From the NCBI GenBank assembly GCA_944360115.1, contig CALVTH010000006.1, positions 1 through 54,963 on the forward strand: DNA of 54,963 nt. The letters are read 5' to 3'. Positions 9,207 through 19,722 of the stretch are shown one piece after another. The stretch is from an uncultured Clostridia bacterium (GTDB lineage Bacteria; Bacillota; Clostridia; Christensenellales; CAG-917). A model generated the notes under the pieces. That model saw only the letters and a list, made by a program, of their open reading frames with translations, did not search any database and had not been told where the DNA came from. A program made the translations under genes and the position numbers. Every line of letters begins with the position of its first letter. Within the stretch, counting starts at the first letter, position 1.

Positions 9207-9785
9207 ATGTACAGGGCGTTGTTGCTCACGGAACACACAGACGAACTTGCCCGCACGCTCCGCGGCGTCGGGATAGATTGCCTCCCCCTTCAAGCGACGG
9301 CGCAAGGGGGCAGAGAGTCCGCCCCTTCGGCGGACTTCGTCGTTATTGAGGGGGCTTTCGGCGAGGACGCAGACGAACTGGCGCTGGGTTACGCCCGCGT
9401 GACCGACGCTGTCGTCGTCTTTTTGCACGACGGCAATCTTTCGGACGGCGAGAGGCGGAATCTTATGTGCGGCGGGGTTTGCCTGCTGGACGAAGCGGCG
9501 GACGAGTCCGTCAAAGCGGTGTTTTTCCGTCATCTCGTCATCATCAGGAAACATTATCTCGAACTCAAGCGGCAGAACGAACTCCTGCGCGGCAAGGTTA
9601 TGGAAGCCAACGCCGTCGGGCGCGCGAAGTGCCTGCTGGTCGAGAGACGCAGCATGAGCGAAAATTCCGCTCACCGTTTCATAGAAAAGACGGCCATGGA
9701 CAACCGTCTCACGCGTTACGCCGTGGCGAACAACATCATTTTGAACTATGCGAAGAAAGACGACACAGACAGTATTGGTGCTTGA
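9207..9785 (+). CDS. ANTAR-domain RNA-binding antiterminator with a degenerate receiver domain (AmiR/NasT/NitR-like)
   Basis: C-terminal VGRAKCLLVERRSMSENSAHRFIEKTAMDNRLTRYAVANNII is an ANTAR signature; GGAGG RBS; upstream TTGACG-N17-TATTTT. Confidence 0.88.
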   Translation: MYRALLLTEHTDELARTLRGVGIDCLPLQATAQGGRESAPSADFVVIEGAFGEDADELALGYARVTDAVVVFLHDGNLSDGERRNLMCGGVCLLDEAADESVKAVFFRHLVIIRKHYLELKRQNELLRGKVMEANAVGRAKCLLVERRSMSENSAHRFIEKTAMDNRLTRYAVANNIILNYAKKDDTDSIGA

Positions 9786-11280
9786 CTTCGGCGGGCAGTA
9801 CAAGGAACTCATCGCCCGCGCCGTAAGGCGGTGCAGGGTTCATTCCCTCGTGCTTTCGGGGTCCACTCCCGTCGAGAAAATCGCGCAATACAACCCCGTC
9901 GGCATTATCCTCACGGGCGGGCCGCACAGCGTGTATGCGCAGGGGTCGCCCCGCGTATCGGCGGAGGTGCTGTCACTCGGAGTGCCCGTCCTCGGGATAT
10001 GCTACGGTATGCAGACCATGTGCCACACGGCGGGCGGCGCGGTGTCGTCGTGCGCGGTGTCGGAGTACGGCACGACGCAGGTGCGGGCGGTCGCCGACAG
10101 CCCGCTGTTCGCGGGGGTGGCAATGCCGCTTTCCGCACTGATGAGCCACACCGACTATGTGTCGCGCGTGCCCGAGGGATTCAGGGTGACCGCAGTCACC
10201 GACGACTGTCCGGCGGCGGCGGTGGAGTGCCGCGAGCGCAACCTCTACGGCGTGCAGTTCCACCCCGAAGTGGAGCGCACCCGCGGCGGCATGAAAATAA
10301 TACGCAATTTCCTTTACGGCGTGTGCGGCGCAAAGGGCGACTACACCCTCGACGCCTACATCGAAAACGAAGTGGAGAGAATACGCGCGCAGGTCGGCGG
10401 CGGACGGGCGGTGCTCGGGCTGTCGGGCGGAGTGGACTCCGCGGTTGCCGCGGCGTTGCTCGAAAGGGCGATTCCCGACAGACTGACCTGCATTTTCGTC
10501 GACCACGGCATGATGAGAAAGAACGAGGGCGAGACGGTGCGGCGCGTGTTCGGAGCGCGTTCTCTCGACCTTGTGGCGGTGGACGCGGGCGCCAGATTCC
10601 TGGCAAGGCTGAAAGGCGTCACCGACCCCGAGTCCAAACGCAAGATAATCGGCGAGGAATTCGTCAGGGTGTTCGAGGAAGAGAGCGCGAAATTCGGCGG
10701 CAGTTTCCTTGCGCAGGGCACGATATATCCTGATGTCATCGAGAGCGGCGCGGACAACGGAGCGACCATAAAATCTCATCACAATGTGGGCGGACTGCCC
10801 AAGGACAGCAAATTCGTCGGTCTGGTGGAGCCTCTCCGCGGACTGTTCAAGGACGAGGTGCGCGGGATAGGCAGAATGCTCGGACTGCCCGAGGAAATCG
10901 TGGGCAGACAGCCTTTCCCGGGGCCGGGATTGTCGGTGAGGTGTCTCGGCGAAATCACCGAAGAGAAGCTGGACATACTCCGCGAAGCCGACGCGATATT
11001 CCGCGAGGAAGTGGACGCGCGGCGCACCCGCCCCGACCAGTATTTCGCGGTGCTCACCGACTCCCGCAGCGTGGGGGTGACGGGCGACTTCAGGACATAC
11101 GGATATGTCGTAGCGCTCCGCGCGGTCAGCACTTCGGACTTCATGACCTGCGAGTGCGTCAGACTGCCGTACACTCTTCTCGACAGGGTGGCAAAGAGGA
11201 TTATCAACGAAGTGGACGGTGTGGGCAGAGTGGTCTACGATGTCACGGGCAAGCCCCCTGCCACAATCGAATGGGAATGA
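9748..11280 (+). CDS. guaA: GMP synthase (glutamine-hydrolysing)
   Basis: VLDFGGQY, GICYGMQ, QFHPEV, LSGGVDS, IKSHHNVGG, KPPATIEWE. Confidence 0.96.
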   Translation: MRRKTTQTVLVLDFGGQYKELIARAVRRCRVHSLVLSGSTPVEKIAQYNPVGIILTGGPHSVYAQGSPRVSAEVLSLGVPVLGICYGMQTMCHTAGGAVSSCAVSEYGTTQVRAVADSPLFAGVAMPLSALMSHTDYVSRVPEGFRVTAVTDDCPAAAVECRERNLYGVQFHPEVERTRGGMKIIRNFLYGVCGAKGDYTLDAYIENEVERIRAQVGGGRAVLGLSGGVDSAVAAALLERAIPDRLTCIFVDHGMMRKNEGETVRRVFGARSLDLVAVDAGARFLARLKGVTDPESKRKIIGEEFVRVFEEESAKFGGSFLAQGTIYPDVIESGADNGATIKSHHNVGGLPKDSKFVGLVEPLRGLFKDEVRGIGRMLGLPEEIVGRQPFPGPGLSVRCLGEITEEKLDILREADAIFREEVDARRTRPDQYFAVLTDSRSVGVTGDFRTYGYVVALRAVSTSDFMTCECVRLPYTLLDRVAKRIINEVDGVGRVVYDVTGKPPATIEWE

Positions 11281-11295
11281 CCGCCCTGCGGCGCG

Positions 11296-13113
<1,818 letters not shown>

Positions 13114-13376
13114 CGGGCAATATCGGATGGGCAATCTCCGAGGGCGGCGCGGTCGAACGACGGGCGGCTCGTCGGACGGAGAAGTCCGATTGGCGGGCGG
13201 AAACCGCAAAAACAGGCAAAATTCCTTTCCGCGGAGGGTGCGCTCGGCGTAGAGCGCGGCAAGGGAGGCAGAAAGGCGCGAATAAATGCGAAAACGGGTT
13301 TTACCGCGCCTAATACGACATTAAAACGGCAGTTCAGCCGAGAAGCCCCGCACGGGGCGCAGATACGGAGTCAGTT

Positions 13377-14963
13377 ATGTGTACGGTTATGGTTTATACG
13401 GGACGGGATATGTCCGTCGACACTTTCGGAAAGGCTTTCGCCGCCACCCGCTCGCGTGGTCCCGACGGCGAGAGAATAATCACCCTGCCGCGCGGCGGCA
13501 TTATGGGGTTTCAGCGGCTGTCCATAATGGGGCTTACCGCAAGCGGTATGCAACCTTTCGAACTGGACGGCAACTATGCGGTGTGCAACGGCGAGCTGTA
13601 CGGGTTCAGACCCGTCAAAGCCGAACTCGAGCGCAAGGGTTACCGCTTCGCAAGCGACAGCGATTGCGAAATAATCCTGCCCCTCTACAAGGAATACGGC
13701 ACGGATATGTTCGCCCGTCTGGACGCCGAGTACGCCATGGTCATCTACGACGCCGAGAAGGACGATTTCGTGGCTTCGCGCGATCCGATAGGCATCCGTC
13801 CTCTTTTCTACGGTTATTCCGAAAGCGGTAAAATCGTTTTCGCCTCCGAAGCCAAAAACCTCGTCGATCTCGTCGACGAAGTCAGGGCTTTTCCGCCGGG
13901 GTGCTATTACGCCGAAGGGCAGTTCCGCCGCTACTGCGACATCGCCGCCGTGGAAAAATATTCCGACGACGGCATTGATGAGGTCACCCGTAAAATACGC
14001 GAGAAATTGGTGCGCGGCATAGAGAAAAAGCTGGATTCCGACGCACCCGTGGGATTCCTGCTGTCGGGAGGGCTGGACAGCAGTCTGGTGTGCGCGGTCT
14101 CGGCGCGGTTGCTCGGAAAGCCGATACGCACTTTCGCAATCGGAATGAACACTGACGCAATCGATCTCAAGTATGCGAAAGAAGTCGCCGATTACATCGG
14201 CAGCGAACACACCGAAGTCATCTTCGACCGCGACACCGTGATCGGCGGGCTGGAGGAAGTGATAGCCGCACTCGGCACCTACGACATAACGACCGTACGC
14301 GCCAGCATGGGGATGTATTTCGTGTGCAAATACATTCACGAGCACACCGATGTCAGGGTGTTGCTCACGGGCGAAATTTCCGACGAGCTTTTCGGCTACA
14401 AGTACACCGACTTTGCGCCCTCGCCCGAGGAATTCCAGAAGGAAGCGGCGAAGCGCGTGCGCGAGCTGTATATGTACGATGTGCTCCGCGCCGACAGGTG
14501 CATTTCCGTCAACAGCATGGAGGCGCGCGTACCGTTCGGAGACCTCGACTTCGTCAGGTATGTGATGAGCGTGAACCCCGCGCTCAAGATGAATGTTTAC
14601 GGTAAAGGCAAGTATCTTCTGCGCAAGGCGTTCGAGGGCGATCTGCTCCCCGACGACATTCTGTGGAGAGAGAAAGCGGCGTTCTCGGACGCGGTCGGGC
14701 ACTCCATGGTGGATTATCTGAAGGAATACGCCGAGAGCCTTTACACCGACGGGGAATTCGAGGAGCGGCGGGCGAAATTCGACTTTGCGCGCCCGTTCAC
14801 CAAGGAGAGCCTGCTTTACCGTGAACTGTTCGAGAAACATTATCCGCGCACGGCAAAGAGCATTGTCGGATTCTGGATGCCGAACCGCGAGTGGGAAGGG
14901 TGCAAGGACGCCAACGACCCGTCGGCGCGTGTGCTGTCCAACTACGGCGCGAGCGGCGAGTGA
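13377..14963 (+). CDS. asnB: Asparagine synthetase B (glutamine-hydrolysing)
   Basis: N-terminal Cys (MC), RGPD, CNGELY, LLSGGLDSS, TGEISDELFG, EARVPF. Confidence 0.93.
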   Translation: MCTVMVYTGRDMSVDTFGKAFAATRSRGPDGERIITLPRGGIMGFQRLSIMGLTASGMQPFELDGNYAVCNGELYGFRPVKAELERKGYRFASDSDCEIILPLYKEYGTDMFARLDAEYAMVIYDAEKDDFVASRDPIGIRPLFYGYSESGKIVFASEAKNLVDLVDEVRAFPPGCYYAEGQFRRYCDIAAVEKYSDDGIDEVTRKIREKLVRGIEKKLDSDAPVGFLLSGGLDSSLVCAVSARLLGKPIRTFAIGMNTDAIDLKYAKEVADYIGSEHTEVIFDRDTVIGGLEEVIAALGTYDITTVRASMGMYFVCKYIHEHTDVRVLLTGEISDELFGYKYTDFAPSPEEFQKEAAKRVRELYMYDVLRADRCISVNSMEARVPFGDLDFVRYVMSVNPALKMNVYGKGKYLLRKAFEGDLLPDDILWREKAAFSDAVGHSMVDYLKEYAESLYTDGEFEERRAKFDFARPFTKESLLYRELFEKHYPRTAKSIVGFWMPNREWEGCKDANDPSARVLSNYGASGE

Positions 14964-14996
14964 CGCAAAACCCGCGGGAAGCGGAAAGGAGAAATC

Positions 14997-15899
14997 ATGA
15001 AATTCGTGAAGATGAACGGTTGCGGCAACGATTATGTCTATTTCGACCTGAGGGGCGAGCGTGACCCCGAGGGCGCGGCGAACGCGGTCATACCGCACAT
15101 CGTGCGCATAAGCGACAGACACTTCGGAGTGGGCGGCGACGGCGTCGTGCTGGTCATGCCGAGCGCGGTCGCCGATGTGCGTATGCGTATGTTCAATGCC
15201 GACGGCAGCGAAGGAAAGATGTGCGGCAACGCCGTCAGGTGCGTGTGCAAAATCGTGTGCGACGGTGAGGAGGAAAAGCCCGCGGTCGTCACGGTGGAGA
15301 CGGCGAGCGGCATAAAGACGATAACTCCCGCCTACGGCGCGGACGGCAAGGTGACGGGAGCCGCCGTCAATATGGGCGCGCCCGTGCTGGCGGCGGAGCT
15401 GGTGCCCGTGGATATTGCGTACGCTTCCGCGGACGCGCTCTTCTGCGAGGGCGAAGGCGGGGAGAGGATTGCAAAGCGGTTGCCCGTCGAAACTGCGAGC
15501 GGCGGAAAGGTGTGCGGCACGGCGGTGAGCATGGGCAATCCGCACTTCGTCGTGTTCGCCGACGACGACCCCGCGGACATAGATGTGGCGGCAATCGGCG
15601 CGGAGATAGAAAATATGCCGCTTTTCCCCGAGAGGGTGAATGTGGAGTTCGTGAAACCCTGCGGGGACGGCGTGTACAAAATGCGCGTATGGGAGCGCGG
15701 CAGCGGCGAGACCTTGGCGTGCGGCACGGGCAGCTGCGCCGCGGCGGTCGCCGCGCGGATGTGCGGACTGCAACCGCGCGCGGACGGAATATACGAAATC
15801 CGTCTGCTCGGCGGCACGCTGTACATCGGCGTTACCGACGACGGCGTGATTATGACGGGCAACGCCGAAAAGAATTTCGAAGGAGAGGTGGAGATATGA
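14997..15899 (+). CDS. dapF: Diaminopimelate epimerase
   Basis: KMNGCGNDY, MCGN, SMGNPH, VWERGSGETLACGTG. Confidence 0.94.
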   Translation: MKFVKMNGCGNDYVYFDLRGERDPEGAANAVIPHIVRISDRHFGVGGDGVVLVMPSAVADVRMRMFNADGSEGKMCGNAVRCVCKIVCDGEEEKPAVVTVETASGIKTITPAYGADGKVTGAAVNMGAPVLAAELVPVDIAYASADALFCEGEGGERIAKRLPVETASGGKVCGTAVSMGNPHFVVFADDDPADIDVAAIGAEIENMPLFPERVNVEFVKPCGDGVYKMRVWERGSGETLACGTGSCAAAVAARMCGLQPRADGIYEIRLLGGTLYIGVTDDGVIMTGNAEKNFEGEVEI

Positions 15900-17083
15900 A
15901 ACTCAACGAAAATTTCGCCGCGCTGGGCGGCAGTTATCTGTTCGGAAAAATCGCCGCGCGGGTCAGGCAGTTCGCGGCGGAGAATCCCGATGCCGATGTC
16001 GTCAGCCTGGGGATAGGCGATGTCACCCGTCCGTTGACCCCCGCCGTGGTGTGCGCAATGCACGCCGCCGTCGCCGAAATGGCGTACGAGGAGACCTTCC
16101 GCGGTTACGGACCCGAACGGGGCTACGATTTTCTGAGACGGCGCATTGCGGAATATTACGCGGGGAGAGGAGTCTCGGTATCGCCTTCGGAGATTTTCGT
16201 GGGCGACGGCGCAAAGAGCGACATCGGCAATTTCCTCGACCTTTTCGGAAAGAGTCGCGTGCTTATGCCCGACCCCGTCTATCCCGCCTATTTCGATGTC
16301 AATGTGATGAGCGGCAACAAGGTGGCTTTCGCGGGAGGCAACAGGCGCAACGGTTTCCGTCCTCTTCCGCCCTCGCGCGGGGATTACGACATAATCTACA
16401 TCTGTTCGCCCAACAACCCGACGGGCGCGGTGTACACCAAGGACGAACTGAAAAGGTGGGTGGACTACGCCCGCGCGACGGGCGCGGTGATTTTCTTCGA
16501 CGCGGCGTACGAATGTTATGTGCGCGACGCGTCCCTGCCGAGGAGCATATTCGAGGTGGAGGGCGCCAGACAGTGCGCCGTGGAATTCTGCTCGCTGTCC
16601 AAGACTGCTGGATTCACGGGTCTGCGTTGCGGCTATACCGTGGTGCCCGAGGAACTGGCGGGCGGCAGGATTGCCGAGATGTGGGAAAGACGGCAGGCCA
16701 CGAAATTCAACGGAGTGTCCTATGTCGTGCAGAGAGCGGCGGAAGCCGTATTCACCCCGCAGGGACTTGCGGAAAACGCGAAAAACAACGACTATTATCT
16801 CCGCAACGCCCGCGCCATGCACGGTATGCTGGAGTCGGCGGGAGTGTGGCATACGGGCGGGGAGAACTCGCCGTATATATGGATGCAATGTCCGCGGGGC
16901 ATAACCTCGTGGGAATACTTCGACCTGTTGCTCGAAAGGGCGAATGTCGTGGGCACGCCGGGGGCGGGCTTCGGTAAAAACGGCGAGGGCTACTTCCGCC
17001 TGACGGCTTTCGGCAACGACGAAAAGACGGTGCGGGCAATGGAAAGGCTGTGCGAAGTCACCCGTGCGGCGATGAGAAAATGA
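15896..17083 (+). CDS. dapL: LL-diaminopimelate aminotransferase
   Basis: SLGIGDVTRP, GYGPERGY, DGAKSD, CSPNNPTG, SLSKTAGFTGLRCG; ATGA overlap with dapF. Confidence 0.92.
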   Translation: MKLNENFAALGGSYLFGKIAARVRQFAAENPDADVVSLGIGDVTRPLTPAVVCAMHAAVAEMAYEETFRGYGPERGYDFLRRRIAEYYAGRGVSVSPSEIFVGDGAKSDIGNFLDLFGKSRVLMPDPVYPAYFDVNVMSGNKVAFAGGNRRNGFRPLPPSRGDYDIIYICSPNNPTGAVYTKDELKRWVDYARATGAVIFFDAAYECYVRDASLPRSIFEVEGARQCAVEFCSLSKTAGFTGLRCGYTVVPEELAGGRIAEMWERRQATKFNGVSYVVQRAAEAVFTPQGLAENAKNNDYYLRNARAMHGMLESAGVWHTGGENSPYIWMQCPRGITSWEYFDLLLERANVVGTPGAGFGKNGEGYFRLTAFGNDEKTVRAMERLCEVTRAAMRK

Positions 17084-17145
17084 CCCCGACCGAAGCTCCG
17101 ACAGCAACGGAAACAAAGACCATTGCCGAAGTGCAATCATAACGC

Positions 17146-17200
17146 AAACAGCCGTTTACCGACGGATTCGTCACGGTAGACGGCTGTTTCTGTGTTTTTC
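17146..17200 (+). terminator. Intrinsic terminator between the convergent dapL and sufBD genes
   Basis: aaacagccgtttaccg...cggtagacggctgttt inverted repeat followed by a T-rich run. Confidence 0.65.
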
Positions 17201-17256
17201 CGTTTTGCCTGTCTGCGCGACGCGTCCGTCGCGCGGGCGCGCTTTGCGGGGTATGC

Positions 17257-18174
17257 TCAGTTGAGGAAACCTTTGATGACGGCGTCCTCGGCTTGCTTTT
17301 CGTCCAGTCCCAGAGACATCAGTTTGACGAGTTGTTCGCCCGCGATTTTGCCCACCGCCGCTTCGTGCACCAGACTGGCGTCGGGGTGCGCCGCGTCGAT
17401 TCTGGGCGTGGACACCACTCTCGCGCCGTCGAGCAGTATGGCGTCACATTCCACATGACCGAAACATTCGTTTGCACCGATGACATCGGAGACGAATTCC
17501 TGCACGGAGTTGTCGCGCGCGACGCTGCGGCTGACTATGTCGCAGGTGCTGTCCTTGCCGTTGAGGCGCACGGTGAATTCCGACACGGCTTTTTCGTCGC
17601 CCGCGGTCAGCAGTTTTTCCCTGACATACAGTTTTGCGCCGTCGCCCACCACGGCGGTCATCGTCCTGCGCGTGGCGGTGACTCCGCCCAGTTGCGTGGT
17701 CTCCATTTCGAGGACGGCTCCCTCGTCCAGCACGCAGTCGGTCACGGGATTGAACACGCGCTCGGAGCCCTTCGCGCCGCCCGCATAGTGGCGTTCTATG
17801 TAGCGCACGCGCGAGTTTTTCCCGAGGTGGAAGCGGTGGATGCCGTCGTGTTCGCTGGCGCCCGCTTCGGGGCAGTGTATGCCGCACCCCGCGATTATGG
17901 TGACATCGGCGCCTTCGCCGATGTGGAAATCGTTGGCGACCGCGTCGTGCACTCCCGCTTTCGTCAGCAGGACGGGAATGTGCGCGCTCTTGTTCTTCAC
18001 GCCCGCCCGCACGAAAATGTCAATGCCTTCTCCGTCCGTCTTGGGGACTATTTCGATGTCCTCGTCCGACGACGAGGCAAGGCGCTGGCCGTTCTTTCTT
18101 ATGTTGTAACTGCCTTCGGGGACGGCGTGCAGTCCCGCGATTTTTTCGAGAAGTTCGAGGTCGATTTTTTCCAT
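17257..18174 (-). CDS. SufB/SufD-family Fe-S scaffold protein (minimal SUF / SmsB-like)
   Basis: AGCGIH, GHVECDAI, LVHEAAVGKIAGEQLVKLMSLGL...IKGFL. Confidence 0.85.
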   Translation of the reverse strand: MEKIDLELLEKIAGLHAVPEGSYNIRKNGQRLASSSDEDIEIVPKTDGEGIDIFVRAGVKNKSAHIPVLLTKAGVHDAVANDFHIGEGADVTIIAGCGIHCPEAGASEHDGIHRFHLGKNSRVRYIERHYAGGAKGSERVFNPVTDCVLDEGAVLEMETTQLGGVTATRRTMTAVVGDGAKLYVREKLLTAGDEKAVSEFTVRLNGKDSTCDIVSRSVARDNSVQEFVSDVIGANECFGHVECDAILLDGARVVSTPRIDAAHPDASLVHEAAVGKIAGEQLVKLMSLGLDEKQAEDAVIKGFLN

Positions 18175-18183
18175 ACCGTCCTC

Positions 18184-18888
18184 CTATTTGCGCCCGCAGA
18201 AATAGGGCGATGTCCTGAGAGTGGGCAGAATTTCCTCTCTCGTGCCGACGCGGGGTTGCGACTCCGAATTCATCACCACGATGCGGTCGGCGTTTTCGAG
18301 TATGCGGCTCTGGTGACTGACGATGACGACGGTCCTGTCGCGCAGCGCGTCGAACACCTTGATAAGTTCGTCGAAGCTCCACAGGTCTATGCCGGCTTCC
18401 GGCTCGTCGAGCAGGAAAACCTTGCCGCCCTTTGCCAGCGCGAGCGCAAGTTCTATGCGCTTGAGTTCGCCGCCCGACAGAGTGTCGTCGACGGGGCGGT
18501 TGACATAGTTTTTGGCGCACAGCCCCACCGAAAAGAGAAATTCGCACGCCGCGCCCATGGAACAGTTGCTGCCCACCGCGAGGTCGAGCAGGTTCTTGAC
18601 CGTTATGCCCTTGAAACGCACGGGTTGCTGAAACGCCAGCGTTATGCCCATGCGCGCGCGGTCGGTGACGCTCCTTGCGGTGATGTCCTCGCCGTCGAGC
18701 AGAATTTCGCCCTTGTCGGGCTTTTCTATGCCCATAATCAGTTTTACGAGGGTGCTTTTGCCGCTGCCGTTGTGCCCCGTCACCACCGTTATGCTTTTGT
18801 CGGGGAAAAGCAGTCCGACATCGGACAGGATTTCTTTCCGTCCGTCGCCGTCCGCCACCGAGTAACTTATGTGTTTGAGTTCAAGCAT
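18184..18888 (-). CDS. SufC-like ABC ATPase (SmsC-like)
   Basis: GHNGSGKST, GITLAFQQPVRF, LSGGELKRIE, LDEPEAGID; adjacent to the SufBD gene. Confidence 0.82.
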   Translation of the reverse strand: MLELKHISYSVADGDGRKEILSDVGLLFPDKSITVVTGHNGSGKSTLVKLIMGIEKPDKGEILLDGEDITARSVTDRARMGITLAFQQPVRFKGITVKNLLDLAVGSNCSMGAACEFLFSVGLCAKNYVNRPVDDTLSGGELKRIELALALAKGGKVFLLDEPEAGIDLWSFDELIKVFDALRDRTVVIVSHQSRILENADRIVVMNSESQPRVGTREEILPTLRTSPYFCGRK

Positions 18889-18903
18889 ATTTCTCCTTAT
18901 AAC

Positions 18904-19722
18904 TCAGTCCTTGGTTCTGTAATCGTATTTCAGTTTTATTGCCGTCAGCACATAGCAGACAAAGCAGAAAACGAGCAGGATGAACATCGACATCCAGATG
19001 TTGTAGGAATACACCACGCGGTCTTCCACGGGGAAGGCTTCGCCCAGCCCCGTTATGCTGCCTATTATGGAAGTGCCGTACATCGTGGGCGTGATGAAGG
19101 TCAGCGAGCGGACGGGCGGGTCGAACTGTATCAACGCCCCCGCGAACACCACCTGCATGACTATGATGATGAGCACGGGCAATATCGCGCTTTCGGATTT
19201 CTTGAGCAGGGCGGACACCAGAAGCCCTATCGCCGCCATGGAACTGTTGGTGAGGAAGAGGGCGAGGAAATAGGCGAAAAAGCCCAGCGCGGGGCGCGCG
19301 AAATTGAAGTCGACGACAGCCAGACTGCCCAACGACAGCAACAGCGACTGCACCAACCCCACGAGAGTCAGCACGGATATTTTCGCGCCGAGGTAGGATA
19401 TGACATTCAGCCCGCCGAACACCTCGCGCGTGAGTATTTCGCGCTCCTTGCATATCTCGCGGTAACTGCCCAGCAACGACATCAGCCCCGCGGCAAACGG
19501 CAACAGGAACACCGTGCAGTTGGCGGCGGTGTTGTGCCAGCGCGGCTCGTAGAATGTCCCGTCCTCGTAGACGAAGGACACTATGAGCAACATAAAGGGC
19601 ACTTCCAGCAGAATGGGCACGAACACCCACGGATTGGTGAATGTCTGCCTGAAATAGCGCAGGAAGCAAGCCCTGTAATGTATCCTGCCGGGACGGGGAA
19701 GAAATTCGACCTGTTTTCTCAT
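18904..19722 (-). CDS. ABC-2 (ABCG-like) transporter permease
   Basis: Multiple TM segments, SYREICKEREILTRE...SYLGAK motif; ATGA overlap with the upstream ATPase. Confidence 0.82.
   Translation of the reverse strand: MRKQVEFLPRPGRIHYRACFLRYFRQTFTNPWVFVPILLEVPFMLLIVSFVYEDGTFYEPRWHNTAANCTVFLLPFAAGLMSLLGSYREICKEREILTREVFGGLNVISYLGAKISVLTLVGLVQSLLLSLGSLAVVDFNFARPALGFFAYFLALFLTNSSMAAIGLLVSALLKKSESAILPVLIIIVMQVVFAGALIQFDPPVRSLTFITPTMYGTSIIGSITGLGEAFPVEDRVVYSYNIWMSMFILLVFCFVCYVLTAIKLKYDYRTKD

Noticed and set aside
13255-13312. Further ANTAR-like loops (AAGGGA, AAAGGC) upstream of asnB
   Set aside because: Flanking bases do not form closing stems and there is no clear U-tract terminator; at most a decayed site
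19719-19722. Frameshifted Rv1747-like pseudogene
   Set aside because: Clean ATGA stop/start overlap with a GGAGG RBS for the permease indicates a genuine two-gene arrangement
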